A DNA stretch of 63,281 nt, the filler included. It is 4 parts of 4 records of this genome, joined end to end, with 100 filler letters (N's around TTAATTAATTAA, not from the genome) between each part and the next. Parts side by side here need not be neighbours in the genome. Positions count along the whole stretch, not along the records: positions 16,331 to 42,214 come from SRR2962707_848; 3 more parts are not named here. One strand, written 5' to 3'. Position 1 is the first letter of the stretch. Every line of letters starts with the position of its first letter. The position numbers and the translations under genes are program-made. The notes under the pieces were generated by a model. It saw nothing but the letters and a program-made list of their open reading frames with translations, was not told where the DNA came from and ran no database searches. Of the stretch, positions 18,909 to 28,224 are shown one piece after another.

Positions 18909-19447
18909 AAATCAGTTTCTAATTGTAGATTTCTAAAATCAAATTTTGATTCATAATTTTTTTCAAGAAAAGTACGCGACCAAAAGCTTTTTCTAAATAA
19001 AAACAAAGGCTCTCTTACCATAAAATAAGGAATAAAATGATACCATTTTACACCTCTAGAATGGTAATATGCCTTTAAATTTTCTTCTATTCCCAGCTCT
19101 TCAGCAGCAACTTCAGCAGCCATGCGCTGGCATTTAGAACCTAAATAAGTCTCTGCAATTCTCGCATTAAAACCATACCTATAAAACTGATCTTTTGCTC
19201 TTTTATAATTTTGATATCTAGACCAACCATCCATAATTACCAAATAAATATGAATAAAAGAAAATAGAAAACACCAGATCCAAAATAACTTCCAAATCAA
19301 AGAAGAACCTTGTAATGATTCTTGTAAAAACTTCCAGTAGATCCAAGATTCAAGTACAAAAAGAAATAAAGATAAATACAATAACCTTCCTACTCTTAAA
19401 TAAGAAATAATTGGGTGGGGTTGTAACGGAAGCGCTTTAAAAGACAA
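18905..19447 (-). CDS. Hypothetical membrane protein, first gene of the ABC operon
   Basis: Two TM helices, DGWSRYQNYKR, SKCQR, KWYHFIP; 4-nt overlap with the ABC ATPase; TTG start. Confidence 0.75.
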   Translation of the reverse strand: MSFKALPLQPHPIISYLRVGRLLYLSLFLFVLESWIYWKFLQESLQGSSLIWKLFWIWCFLFSFIHIYLVIMDGWSRYQNYKRAKDQFYRYGFNARIAETYLGSKCQRMAAEVAAEELGIEENLKAYYHSRGVKWYHFIPYFMVREPLFLFRKSFWSRTFLEKNYESKFDFRNLQLETDL

Positions 19448-19494
19448 GATATACTTTAGTTTATAATCAACAAAAAGACAACATTATTCACTAT

Positions 19495-19502
19495 CAAAGA
19501 TA
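19495..19502 (-). promoter_or_regulatory. Bacteroidetes -7 element for the ABC operon
   Basis: TATCTTTG on the minus strand about 48 nt upstream of the start. Confidence 0.55.
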
Positions 19503-19672
19503 ACAATTCATACGTAATTGAATTACTATTTTTGATTAATAGAAAATTATTTTCAAGAAAGAGAATTCCTACTATAAAGAGTGAGGTTTTAAAATAAAAT
19601 CCTGTTAAACTCTAATTTCATTATAAAAAACAATTTTTTATCAATATATTGTTTCAAACTATCAAAGAGAAT

Positions 19673-21172
19673 ATGCACCCAAAATTAAGAGCTTTTATTA
19701 GCTTAATTTACATAATTGTTACAATTCACTATAGCTATTCACAGCAACAAAGTAACACCGATTCTATCCTGCCTTTTGGTCAATTAAACAATTATAATAT
19801 AGAGCGCTATTTAAGTGAATATATAAAATTTGCCTCCGTTAGCGGGGAAGAAAAAAAAGCTGGAGAATGGCTAAAGAACATTTGTAAAAACAGTGGTTTG
19901 CATATCCAACAAATGGGAAATAAAGATGCACAATACAACTTTACAGCTTCACTTTATCCTCTTTCTAGTAAACTTCCAAATATTGTTTTTCTAAATCATA
20001 TTGATGTTGTTCCTGCAGGCGATTTATCCAAATGGAAATACCCTCCTTATTCTGGAAAAATTACTGACACCGAAATATGGGGTCGCGGTTCTTGGGATAA
20101 TAAAGGAAACGCGATTATGCAATTATTTAGTTTGGTAGAGATAATGAACAAATACAAAGGGCAACAACTCCCATATAATGTAACATTCTTAGCTGTTTCA
20201 TGCGAAGAAACTCAATGCAGAGGCGGCGCAGAATACGTTATCGAAAACTACTTAGATTTGCTCAACCCAGCAGTAGTAATTGGAGAAGGCCCTCCAGCCA
20301 TTAAAGGAGCTTTACAAACCAGACCCGACACTGCTGTTTTTCCAATTTCGGTTGCTCATAAAAGAGCTTTGTGGTTAAAATTAACTTTAAAAATAAATAC
20401 CTCAGCTCATGGTTCGGTAACTCCTTTACGCTATGCCAATAGAGAAATGGTAAAGGCTTTAGATAATTTATTGGGGAAACATCAAAAAGCAGTTTATACA
20501 GATTTAAATATTAAAATGCTTAAAGATATTGGACAATTAGAGAAAGGACTTACAGGTTTTGCTATGAGGCACCCTAAAATATTTAGAATGTTTATTACTC
20601 CACAACTGAGGAAACAACCAGAGCTATTTTCTGTTTTTTCTAATACAATTACTCTTACAAGTCTTGAAAGTAATAACGATGTTGTTAACGTAATTCCAAG
20701 CGAGGTAACAGCTTTATTAGATTGTAGGCTATTACCAGAAGCTAATAAAGATAAATTTCTGGCCAATTTAAAAAAGCGTCTAGATAATGACGATATTGAG
20801 GTCTCCACCATTTATTCCATGCCTAAAATGAAATCTTCTGACGATAAAAGTATTTTTTATAAAAACTTAAAAACTGCTATTTCAAAGACGTATCCTGAAA
20901 ATGATGTAATTACTATTTTATTACCTAACACAAGTGATGCTGGGGTTTTTAGAGCCAAAGGTATAGCCACTTACACTACTGTTCCTATTAGCTTAGATAT
21001 GAGTTACCTCGATAATATCCATAGTGAAAATGAACGCATTCCAAGAGGTGTACTTCATAAAGGAAAAGAAACATATACAAATTTTATTGAGGAATGCATC
21101 ACAGAGAATAAGGAGAAAGAAAAAAAGAAATTCTTAATTTTTAATTTAAATGATAAATCAAAAGATAACTAA
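19673..21172 (+). CDS. M20/M25/M40 family metallo-hydrolase, secreted
   Basis: HIDVVP, GRGSWDNKG, CEET, GEG, HGS, SDA, HSENERI. Confidence 0.9.
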   Translation: MHPKLRAFISLIYIIVTIHYSYSQQQSNTDSILPFGQLNNYNIERYLSEYIKFASVSGEEKKAGEWLKNICKNSGLHIQQMGNKDAQYNFTASLYPLSSKLPNIVFLNHIDVVPAGDLSKWKYPPYSGKITDTEIWGRGSWDNKGNAIMQLFSLVEIMNKYKGQQLPYNVTFLAVSCEETQCRGGAEYVIENYLDLLNPAVVIGEGPPAIKGALQTRPDTAVFPISVAHKRALWLKLTLKINTSAHGSVTPLRYANREMVKALDNLLGKHQKAVYTDLNIKMLKDIGQLEKGLTGFAMRHPKIFRMFITPQLRKQPELFSVFSNTITLTSLESNNDVVNVIPSEVTALLDCRLLPEANKDKFLANLKKRLDNDDIEVSTIYSMPKMKSSDDKSIFYKNLKTAISKTYPENDVITILLPNTSDAGVFRAKGIATYTTVPISLDMSYLDNIHSENERIPRGVLHKGKETYTNFIEECITENKEKEKKKFLIFNLNDKSKDN

Positions 21173-21175
21173 ACC

Positions 21176-22105
21176 ATGAAAATTTGCCTACCTTATTTTA
21201 TACTTTTCCTTTCTGTATTTTCTATTGAAACGACGCTAGCGCAACAAAAAATAATTCCTTTATATGAAGGAGAAATCCCAAATAGTACAAATACTAAAGA
21301 GGATGAAAAGCAGGAAGAAAATGAAATTCTATGGATTACAAATGTTCAAAAACCTACATTAGAAGCTTATTTTCCTTCCAAAAGAAATACTAATGGAAAA
21401 GCGGTTATTATTTGTCCAGGCGGAGGTTACCACGGGTTAGCATACGATTGGGAGGGTACAGAAATAGCTCAATGGTTTAATACAAAAGGAATAACCGCAT
21501 TTGTGTTAAAATATAGACTTCCTGTTGCCAATAATGTAACTAATAAAAGTGAAGCTCCACTTCAAGATGCCATTAGAGCCATTCAGATTGTACGTAAAAA
21601 TGCTACTTCATGGAATTTAAATGAAGATAAAATAGGTATTATGGGATTTTCTGCTGGAGGGCATTTAGCTTCTACACTAGGAACTCATTATAATACGGAT
21701 ACAAAAATTCCAAACGACCCTTATAAAAATATAAGTGCGCGTCCGGATTATATGATTCTTATGTATCCTGTAATTACAATGAAAGAAAAATATACCCATA
21801 TGGGATCTCGCAAAGCGCTTATAGGTAATAATCCAAGCGAGGAAATTATAGAAAAATACTCTAATGAACTACAAGTAACTTCAGAAACTCCTCCTACTTT
21901 TATTGTACATAGCGCAGACGATGGCGGCGTTCCTGTTGAGAATAGTTTGGATTTTTATAAGGCTTTAAAAGAAAATAATGTTCCTTCTGAAATGCATTTA
22001 TACCCAACTGGAGGACATGGTTTCGGGCTGGGGTTGGAAAATAATCACCTTAAAAGTTGGACAGACAGATTAAATGAATGGCTTATTTTTTTAGATGAAA
22101 AATAA
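21176..22105 (+). CDS. Alpha/beta hydrolase (esterase)
   Basis: CPGGGY, GFSAGGHLA, HSADD, GGHGFG. Confidence 0.92.
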   Translation: MKICLPYFILFLSVFSIETTLAQQKIIPLYEGEIPNSTNTKEDEKQEENEILWITNVQKPTLEAYFPSKRNTNGKAVIICPGGGYHGLAYDWEGTEIAQWFNTKGITAFVLKYRLPVANNVTNKSEAPLQDAIRAIQIVRKNATSWNLNEDKIGIMGFSAGGHLASTLGTHYNTDTKIPNDPYKNISARPDYMILMYPVITMKEKYTHMGSRKALIGNNPSEEIIEKYSNELQVTSETPPTFIVHSADDGGVPVENSLDFYKALKENNVPSEMHLYPTGGHGFGLGLENNHLKSWTDRLNEWLIFLDEK

Positions 22106-22122
22106 ATGCTAGTTAAGAGAAA

Positions 22123-22246
22123 TTAACTCCCTTTGGTAAGCCCACTAGACATTCAAAGGAAACAAATTAACTCATTCCAACGCAGAGCCCTTCAATAAAC
22201 TCAGAACAGGCTTGGGAATTAGACCCTATTCTCTATGAGGAATTAA
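22123..22246 (+). repeat. Dispersed repeat copy (diverged)
   Basis: GCAGAGCCCTTCAATAAACTCAGAACAGGCTTGGGAATTAGACCCT...CTCTATGAGGAATTAA. Confidence 0.75.
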
Positions 22247-22259
22247 AAGCATTTTAAAA

Positions 22260-22292
22260 AAAAGCCTCGAATCACTAAGGTTCGAGGCTTTT
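22260..22292. terminator. Bidirectional intrinsic terminator
   Basis: AAAAGCCTCGAATC...GGTTCGAGGCTTTT. Confidence 0.85.
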
Positions 22293-22297
22293 ATCAT

Positions 22298-23761
22298 TTA
22301 CAATCCGCTTATATAGCTTCCATATGGATCTTTAAGCTGATACCCTTCTGTAAAACGGTGTTTACTTAGCTTTTTAAACTCTACTAATCCCCATAAAAGG
22401 AATTCTTTTAAGAAATATGCATCTTCTTTATTTATATCGGCTTGATGTTTTTGTATTAAATCCTCTAATGGTTTAATATCATTTAATGTCTTTTTATAAT
22501 CCTCATCAGAAACATCATCTAATAGTTCAAAGCCAGAACCTTCAAAAAACCATGTTACCACATCATCATATGGACTTGGCGCATTGGGACGCTCTAATTT
22601 ATCTATTTTTGGAAAATATTGAGGGAATATTGTTTTAATAGCATTTCCTATTAACTGATGAGCTACATAAGCAGCCCCCTCCTGCTCTCCTTCATATACT
22701 AATTCTACTTTTCCTGTAATGGCAGGAATAACCCCCATAAAATCGCTCAATCGGATACTCGTTTTACTTTCTCCATTACGCAACATTCTACGTTCTGCTG
22801 TGCTCATCAAGTTTTCAAAAGCAGAAATACTCAAACGTGCACTTATCCCACTCTTATTATCTATGTATTCACTATTTCGAGCTTCAAAACCAATTTGCTC
22901 CAATACATCATATACCATTTCAGAAACATAAATATTACTTTTCTGCTCCTCCTCTAATTTGGCTTCTTGCTTGGTTATTTTCTTAGCAACTTCAATAGTT
23001 TCAGGATAATGTGTTAAAATTTGCGACCCAATTCTATCTTTTAATGGGGTTACAATACTTCCTCTATTGGTATAATCTTCAGGATTGGCTGTAAAAATAA
23101 ACTGAAGATCTAACGGCAACCTCAGCTTAAAACCTCTAATTTGAATATCTCCTTCTTGAAGAATGTTAAACAAGGCAACTTGAATACGAGCCTGTAAATC
23201 GGGGAGCTCATTAATTACAAAAATACTTCGATTGGCACGTGGAATCATTCCATAATGAATTACACGGTCATCGGCATAAGAAAGTTTTAAATTAGCCGCT
23301 TTTATCGGGTCAACATCTCCTATTAAATCGGCTACAGTTACATCTGGAGTTGCCAATTTTTCATAAAAACGTTCACTTCTATGAACCCATACAATTCTTG
23401 TATCATCGGCATGTTCTTCAATTGCTTTTTTAGCATATCTAGAAATCGGATTTAATGGATCATCGTTAATTTCTGATCCTTTTACAGCCGGAATCCATTC
23501 ATCCAATAGGTTTACCATTTGGCGTGCTAACCTAGTTTTTGCTTGTCCTCTAAGTCCTAATAAATTAATATTATGTCTTGAAAGAATAGCACGTTCCAAT
23601 TCAGGAATTACCGTACTTTCATAGCCATGAATGCCTTCAAAAGTAGTTTCTTTATTCTTTATTTTCTGGATGAGATTATCTCGTAATTCGTCTTTTATAC
23701 TTTTCGATTTATAATCAGAACGGAGTAACTCCCCTAGCGTTTTTATTTTTTGTATTTGCAT
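22298..23761 (-). CDS. Mg-chelatase-like (ChlI/MoxR-related) AAA+ ATPase
   Basis: GLRGQAKT Walker A, INELPDL, FTANPEDYTNRG. Confidence 0.88.
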   Translation of the reverse strand: MQIQKIKTLGELLRSDYKSKSIKDELRDNLIQKIKNKETTFEGIHGYESTVIPELERAILSRHNINLLGLRGQAKTRLARQMVNLLDEWIPAVKGSEINDDPLNPISRYAKKAIEEHADDTRIVWVHRSERFYEKLATPDVTVADLIGDVDPIKAANLKLSYADDRVIHYGMIPRANRSIFVINELPDLQARIQVALFNILQEGDIQIRGFKLRLPLDLQFIFTANPEDYTNRGSIVTPLKDRIGSQILTHYPETIEVAKKITKQEAKLEEEQKSNIYVSEMVYDVLEQIGFEARNSEYIDNKSGISARLSISAFENLMSTAERRMLRNGESKTSIRLSDFMGVIPAITGKVELVYEGEQEGAAYVAHQLIGNAIKTIFPQYFPKIDKLERPNAPSPYDDVVTWFFEGSGFELLDDVSDEDYKKTLNDIKPLEDLIQKHQADINKEDAYFLKEFLLWGLVEFKKLSKHRFTEGYQLKDPYGSYISGL

Positions 23762-23781
23762 GTCTTATCTATTCCTTTATC

Positions 23782-23894
23782 TTGATTTTTCCTGAAAGGG
23801 TTAACTTCTCGCAAGCTTAACCTAATTAGGAAAACTATATTGAATACTATTAATTTTTTATTTACCTTCCTCAAAAATTTCCCTGAGGTTATTG
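23782..23894 (-). repeat. Degenerate dispersed-repeat copy, reverse orientation
   Basis: Minus strand AATAACCTCAGGGAAATTTTTGAGGAAGGTAAA...AAGCTTGCGAGAAGTTAACCCTTTCAGGAAAAATCAA, compared with copy 42110. Confidence 0.45.
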
Positions 23895-23914
23895 TTTTTT
23901 TCTTCTAATTTAGT

Positions 23915-25057
23915 TTACCGAATTCGCTTTTTACGATTGGATTCATAATCTTCAAAAATCATTTCTCCTAAACCTTGTAATCCTGTAAAAAATGCCTTCC
24001 CCTTATTAGCTTCTGTAAATTGACGGATAAACTGCATTAAATAAGGATCTTGAGCTATCATAAAAGTAGTTATAGGAATATGAAGCTTACGAGCTTGTTG
24101 CGCCATATTATAGCATTTATCAACAATATAAGTATCTAATCCTACGCTATTCATATAATAATCGCCATTGGACTGCCTTATACAACTCGGCTTCCCGTCG
24201 GTAATCATAAAAATTTGTTTATTAGCATTACGTTTTCTGCGAAGAATATCCATAGCCAACTGTAATCCAGCTACAGTATTTGTATGATAAGGCCCTACTT
24301 TTAAATAAGGCAAATCCTTAATAGAAATTGGCCAAGCATCATTTCCAAAAACAATAATGTCTAGGGTGTCTTTTGGATATCTTGTGGTAATAAGTTCGGC
24401 TAATGCCATTGCCACTTTTTTTGCAGGGGTAATTCTGTCTTCCCCATATAAAATCATACTGTGACTAATATCAATCATGAGCACGGTACTCATTTGAGCT
24501 TTGTAGTGCGTTTCTTCAACTATTAAATCACTTTCATTTAAGGTAAAATTATTCAGTCCATTATTTATTTGGGCATTTCGCATACTTTCCGTCATAGAAA
24601 TACGCTCTAAAGCATCTCCAAATTGATAACTCCTAAAATCGCCCGTATGCTCATCTCCCCTTCCCGTGTGTTTGGTACGGTGATTTCCACTTGCACTTTT
24701 CTTTAATTTTCCAAAAATTTGATTTAAGGCATGTTTCCTAATTAATTGCTCTGTTTTTGCGGTAATTGAAAACTTCCCTTCAACATCACCATTACCGCCT
24801 CCTTGACTATTAGGGTCAATTTCTTCTTGAATAAATCCTTTTTTCTTAAGGTCTTCAATAAAATCATCAATTGTATAATCGGCATCCGTGAGCTGATATT
24901 CAACATCCAGTTCACGCAGCCAATCTATTGCTTCATCAAAATCTCCAGAAGTATGTGTAATTAATTCCTTAAAGATTTCGAAGAGTTTATCAAACGGAGA
25001 TTGTTCGGGAGCTTCATATTTAGTAAATACAAAACCTTTTCTTTTTAATTTATTCAT
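23915..25057 (-). CDS. von Willebrand factor A domain protein
   Basis: MIDAS DISHS, TNT, ITDGKP; upstream of the AAA ATPase. Confidence 0.9.
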   Translation of the reverse strand: MNKLKRKGFVFTKYEAPEQSPFDKLFEIFKELITHTSGDFDEAIDWLRELDVEYQLTDADYTIDDFIEDLKKKGFIQEEIDPNSQGGGNGDVEGKFSITAKTEQLIRKHALNQIFGKLKKSASGNHRTKHTGRGDEHTGDFRSYQFGDALERISMTESMRNAQINNGLNNFTLNESDLIVEETHYKAQMSTVLMIDISHSMILYGEDRITPAKKVAMALAELITTRYPKDTLDIIVFGNDAWPISIKDLPYLKVGPYHTNTVAGLQLAMDILRRKRNANKQIFMITDGKPSCIRQSNGDYYMNSVGLDTYIVDKCYNMAQQARKLHIPITTFMIAQDPYLMQFIRQFTEANKGKAFFTGLQGLGEMIFEDYESNRKKRIR

Positions 25058-25195
25058 AGCTCCATAAAATTAATCATTTTTATAGAGACTATAAAGATCC
25101 AGCTTATTTAAAATGTTATAGTTTTGATAAAAATACACTTACAATTAACGCTGTCTATTTCTGTCTACACAAAGCAGAAATAAGTCTCTCAAGGA

Positions 25196-26032
25196 TTAAA
25201 GCCTCTTAATTTCTTCTTGTAGTGCTATTAATTGCTCCATATAAACTTGTCTGATTTCTTCTACATAATGTCTAGAACGAAAATGTCCAGCTTCATAATT
25301 AGCAATTGCTTTTTTTATATAAGTTAACGCTTTTTGTTTCTCGTTCTTATCCTTATAAACTGTAGCCAAATAATAATTTGCATCTGCACTAAGTCCTTTA
25401 TTATACAACAGCATTTTATTAAAGTTAACCTCCGCCATCTCCAATTGTCCTAACTCGTACTGAGCAATTCCTAGATATAAAAAAGCAGATGGTTCAATCC
25501 AATCTTCGGTTAATGTTTTGAGTTCAATACCTATATGCTTCGTAAAAAAATCGAGTGCTTTTTCATAATCATTAAGACCAATATAAGCTATCCCTCTCCA
25601 ATAATTTACACTATGCCCTTGAGGAGCGTCCACAAAATTAGGTGTTAAAACATCACTTGCATTAAAATCTATAATAGCTTTTTTATAATCTCTATAAAAG
25701 TATAAATACAAATATCCACGCATGGGTTGCCATGTATTTGGGTCGCACGCTATAGCCTTGTCAAATAATGGTTTCCATTGGTATGCCATTCCACGTTTTA
25801 AATAAGGAACAGATTTTTCTCGAATTGCATCACAGTGTAAAGAATCGAGTGCTATTATTTCATCCAAAAGAGTTTGTGAAGCGGGACTTCCTTGTATAGG
25901 CTTATTTGATTCCCATTTTTCATCAGCTAATTCTTTACGCTCTTCAACCGTTAAATCAGAATAACTGGATGATGTACAACTCCAGAGAAAAACAAACAAA
26001 CCACTAAGGCAAAATTTCAACAACTTCTCCAT
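25196..26032 (-). CDS. Tetratricopeptide-repeat lipoprotein
   Basis: Lipobox LWSC; TPR-like YWRGIAY, LYLGIAQY, YYLATVY. Confidence 0.8.
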   Translation of the reverse strand: MEKLLKFCLSGLFVFLWSCTSSSYSDLTVEERKELADEKWESNKPIQGSPASQTLLDEIIALDSLHCDAIREKSVPYLKRGMAYQWKPLFDKAIACDPNTWQPMRGYLYLYFYRDYKKAIIDFNASDVLTPNFVDAPQGHSVNYWRGIAYIGLNDYEKALDFFTKHIGIELKTLTEDWIEPSAFLYLGIAQYELGQLEMAEVNFNKMLLYNKGLSADANYYLATVYKDKNEKQKALTYIKKAIANYEAGHFRSRHYVEEIRQVYMEQLIALQEEIKRL

Positions 26033-26549
26033 TCTCTATCTTATAAATTAAATACATATAGTAATTTGCGTTTTCGTAAAATAAATTCCAATTATCTGGT
26101 GAATGAGTTAGTGTTATTAATTGCTCAACCATCCCATCTGATAAATCTATCTTTTCAAACTCTAAATTCAATTCATTTACTTCCATATCCCCAACTTCTC
26201 CTTTGCAATTTATATGAAATCTTAAATTTAGATATCCAGTATCTAGATACCCTTTATTTGTATAATTTGAATTGATTTTTTGCTTGAAACTGTATTTGCT
26301 GTTTTTGTATATTTTAGGAGCCGCACTGCAATATGTTCCTATTACTCCAACATCTTTACACAACTCAAAAGAATTATTTTTTAGAATGTCTTCGGGATAA
26401 ATATGACCAATTGTATAAGGATACTTTTCTTCATTTATATTGAATTTCCCATAAAAATTATAATAAATATAACCAATACCGATAGCGACAACAAAAATTA
26501 GCGATAGCACAATTATTCCAACTATCTTCAGGATTTTATATTTTTTCAT
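26004..26549 (-). CDS. Membrane-anchored hypothetical protein with TonB-C-terminal-like motif
   Basis: Single N-terminal TM; GYLNLRFHINCKGEVG. Confidence 0.65.
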   Translation of the reverse strand: MKKYKILKIVGIIVLSLIFVVAIGIGYIYYNFYGKFNINEEKYPYTIGHIYPEDILKNNSFELCKDVGVIGTYCSAAPKIYKNSKYSFKQKINSNYTNKGYLDTGYLNLRFHINCKGEVGDMEVNELNLEFEKIDLSDGMVEQLITLTHSPDNWNLFYENANYYMYLIYKIENGEVVEILP

Positions 26550-26762
26550 CTATTAATATTTATCGCTTTTTAAAGTCAGAAGTAATACCTTCAAATGTCA
26601 TACATATAGGTTTGATAAACTGCTAATAGCATTTCATAAAAAACTATAAATAACGAATAACTGGTAATTTATAACTATCCATATTAAGAATCAAGGATAT
26701 AAAGGATTAAAATAAAACAACTTTACTATTTTGCCTCAAAACCTTTCGATTAATCAAAATAG

Positions 26763-26796
26763 ACTTCGGAGAAATAAAACCATCTAGGAGAGATTA
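26763..26796 (+). repeat. Partial dispersed-repeat terminus abutting the LytTR stop codon
   Basis: ACTTCGGAGAAATAAAACCATCTAGGAGAGATTA resembles the repeat 3' end. Confidence 0.45.
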
Positions 26797-27549
26797 GCTC
26801 AGCCAGTCTTTAAAATCTTTAACGCGCTCTCTACTTACAATTATTTCTTGCTCGTTAAAATGATTTATTTTTACTTGTAAACGGGCATTGGTATAATTAA
26901 TAATGTCTTTTACTGCATTTATATTGATACAAAATTTACGACTTACCCTAAAAAATTCATCTGGAGGAAGTTCTTCCTGCAAAGCCTCTAATGTAATATC
27001 CATTAGATAACTTCTATTTTCATTGGTATGTAGATAAGTCCCTTTATTTTCACTGTAAAAACAAACAATATCTTCTAAAGAAATTAATTTTAAATGTTGT
27101 CCTACTTTTACGGTAAACCGTTTTCTGTAAGTGCGTTCTATTGGGTTTACCAGTAACTTTTTAATATCATTAAAATTAAGCTGAACAGCGCTTTTTAAAG
27201 GTTTAAAGTTTTTATACTTTTCTACTGCATACGCTAATTCATCCTCATCTATTGGTTTTAAAAGATAATCAATACTGTTAAGTTTAAATGCTTGCAAGGC
27301 ATACTCGTCATAAGCGGTGGTAAATATAATAGCACTTTTTATATCGATACTATCAAATATTTCAAAAGAGAGTCCGTCCGACAATTGAATATCTAAAAAT
27401 ATCAAGTCTGGATGTGGTTTGCCAGAAAACCAACTTACAGATTCTTCAACCGAGTGTAAAATCTTATCTACTTCAACCCCCAAGTCTTTTAGCATTCTAT
27501 GTAAACGCCTTGCTGAAGGCGCTTCGTCTTCTATAATTAGTACGTTCAT
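26794..27549 (-). CDS. LytTR family response regulator
   Basis: IIEDE, FLDIQLSDG, FTTAYD, DYLLKP, FFRVSR. Confidence 0.95.
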   Translation of the reverse strand: MNVLIIEDEAPSARRLHRMLKDLGVEVDKILHSVEESVSWFSGKPHPDLIFLDIQLSDGLSFEIFDSIDIKSAIIFTTAYDEYALQAFKLNSIDYLLKPIDEDELAYAVEKYKNFKPLKSAVQLNFNDIKKLLVNPIERTYRKRFTVKVGQHLKLISLEDIVCFYSENKGTYLHTNENRSYLMDITLEALQEELPPDEFFRVSRKFCININAVKDIINYTNARLQVKINHFNEQEIIVSRERVKDFKDWLS

Positions 27550-27570
27550 ATTATTTATATAATACTGCTT

Positions 27571-27891
27571 TTATTCCCATTTTTGCCGTTCAAACTCTTC
27601 TTCTTTTATATACTTTTCAATATGCTCTTCTTCCCATTTTTTTGAAAAGAAAAACTGGGTTCCAAAAACCTTCCAAGCATGCATAGCCATTCCAATACCC
27701 CAAAAAAACAATGTTGTAAAAGTAGCCCAATTCCAAAATTCCTCATTATTATAAGAGCTAGAGATATAAATGTTTACTAAAATATAGGAGTTGATTATTA
27801 TAAAAATTGCTAAATGCCAGTAAAAGCCTTTTAAGCGTTTAACTCGTTCCTTTGCGTATTTATATCTTTCGTTTTGATCTGTTACTGTCAT
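27571..27891 (-). CDS. 2TM domain protein
   Basis: AKERVKRLKGFYWHL, WGIG..MH, WEE..I; start placed at MTVTD. Confidence 0.88.
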   Translation of the reverse strand: MTVTDQNERYKYAKERVKRLKGFYWHLAIFIIINSYILVNIYISSSYNNEEFWNWATFTTLFFWGIGMAMHAWKVFGTQFFFSKKWEEEHIEKYIKEEEFERQKWE

Positions 27892-27902
27892 TTTTTTATA
27901 TT

Positions 27903-28214
27903 TTATTCCCAACGAGTGGAGGTATTAGTTTCGTTATCTTCTTCCATAAATTCTTTAATCTTTCGCTCTTCCCAGTCTTTTGAAAATGCAGGGTTCCATC
28001 CATATACTTTGGCAGCTTGGAAAAGAAGCCCTACTGCCCATGGTCCAGCCGACCATAAAAACCATGGATAATTCCAACCATCTAACCAGTAATTCAATAT
28101 TGCTAAAAAAATATTGACTATAATATAGGACGTTAAACCATTGTAGAATTTCTTAATTTCTTCTACGCGCTCTTTTGCACGAAAATATTTATTATCCTTT
28201 TCTGAATTTTCCAT
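27903..28214 (-). CDS. 2TM domain protein
   Basis: AKERVEEIKKFY, WEERKIKEFM. Confidence 0.88.
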   Translation of the reverse strand: MENSEKDNKYFRAKERVEEIKKFYNGLTSYIIVNIFLAILNYWLDGWNYPWFLWSAGPWAVGLLFQAAKVYGWNPAFSKDWEERKIKEFMEEDNETNTSTRWE

Positions 28215-28224
28215 AATTATAATA

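Noticed and set aside
25172-25199. Possible extra repeat termini at 25172-25199 and about 19562-19596
   Set aside because: Similarity too weak to distinguish from AT-rich background.
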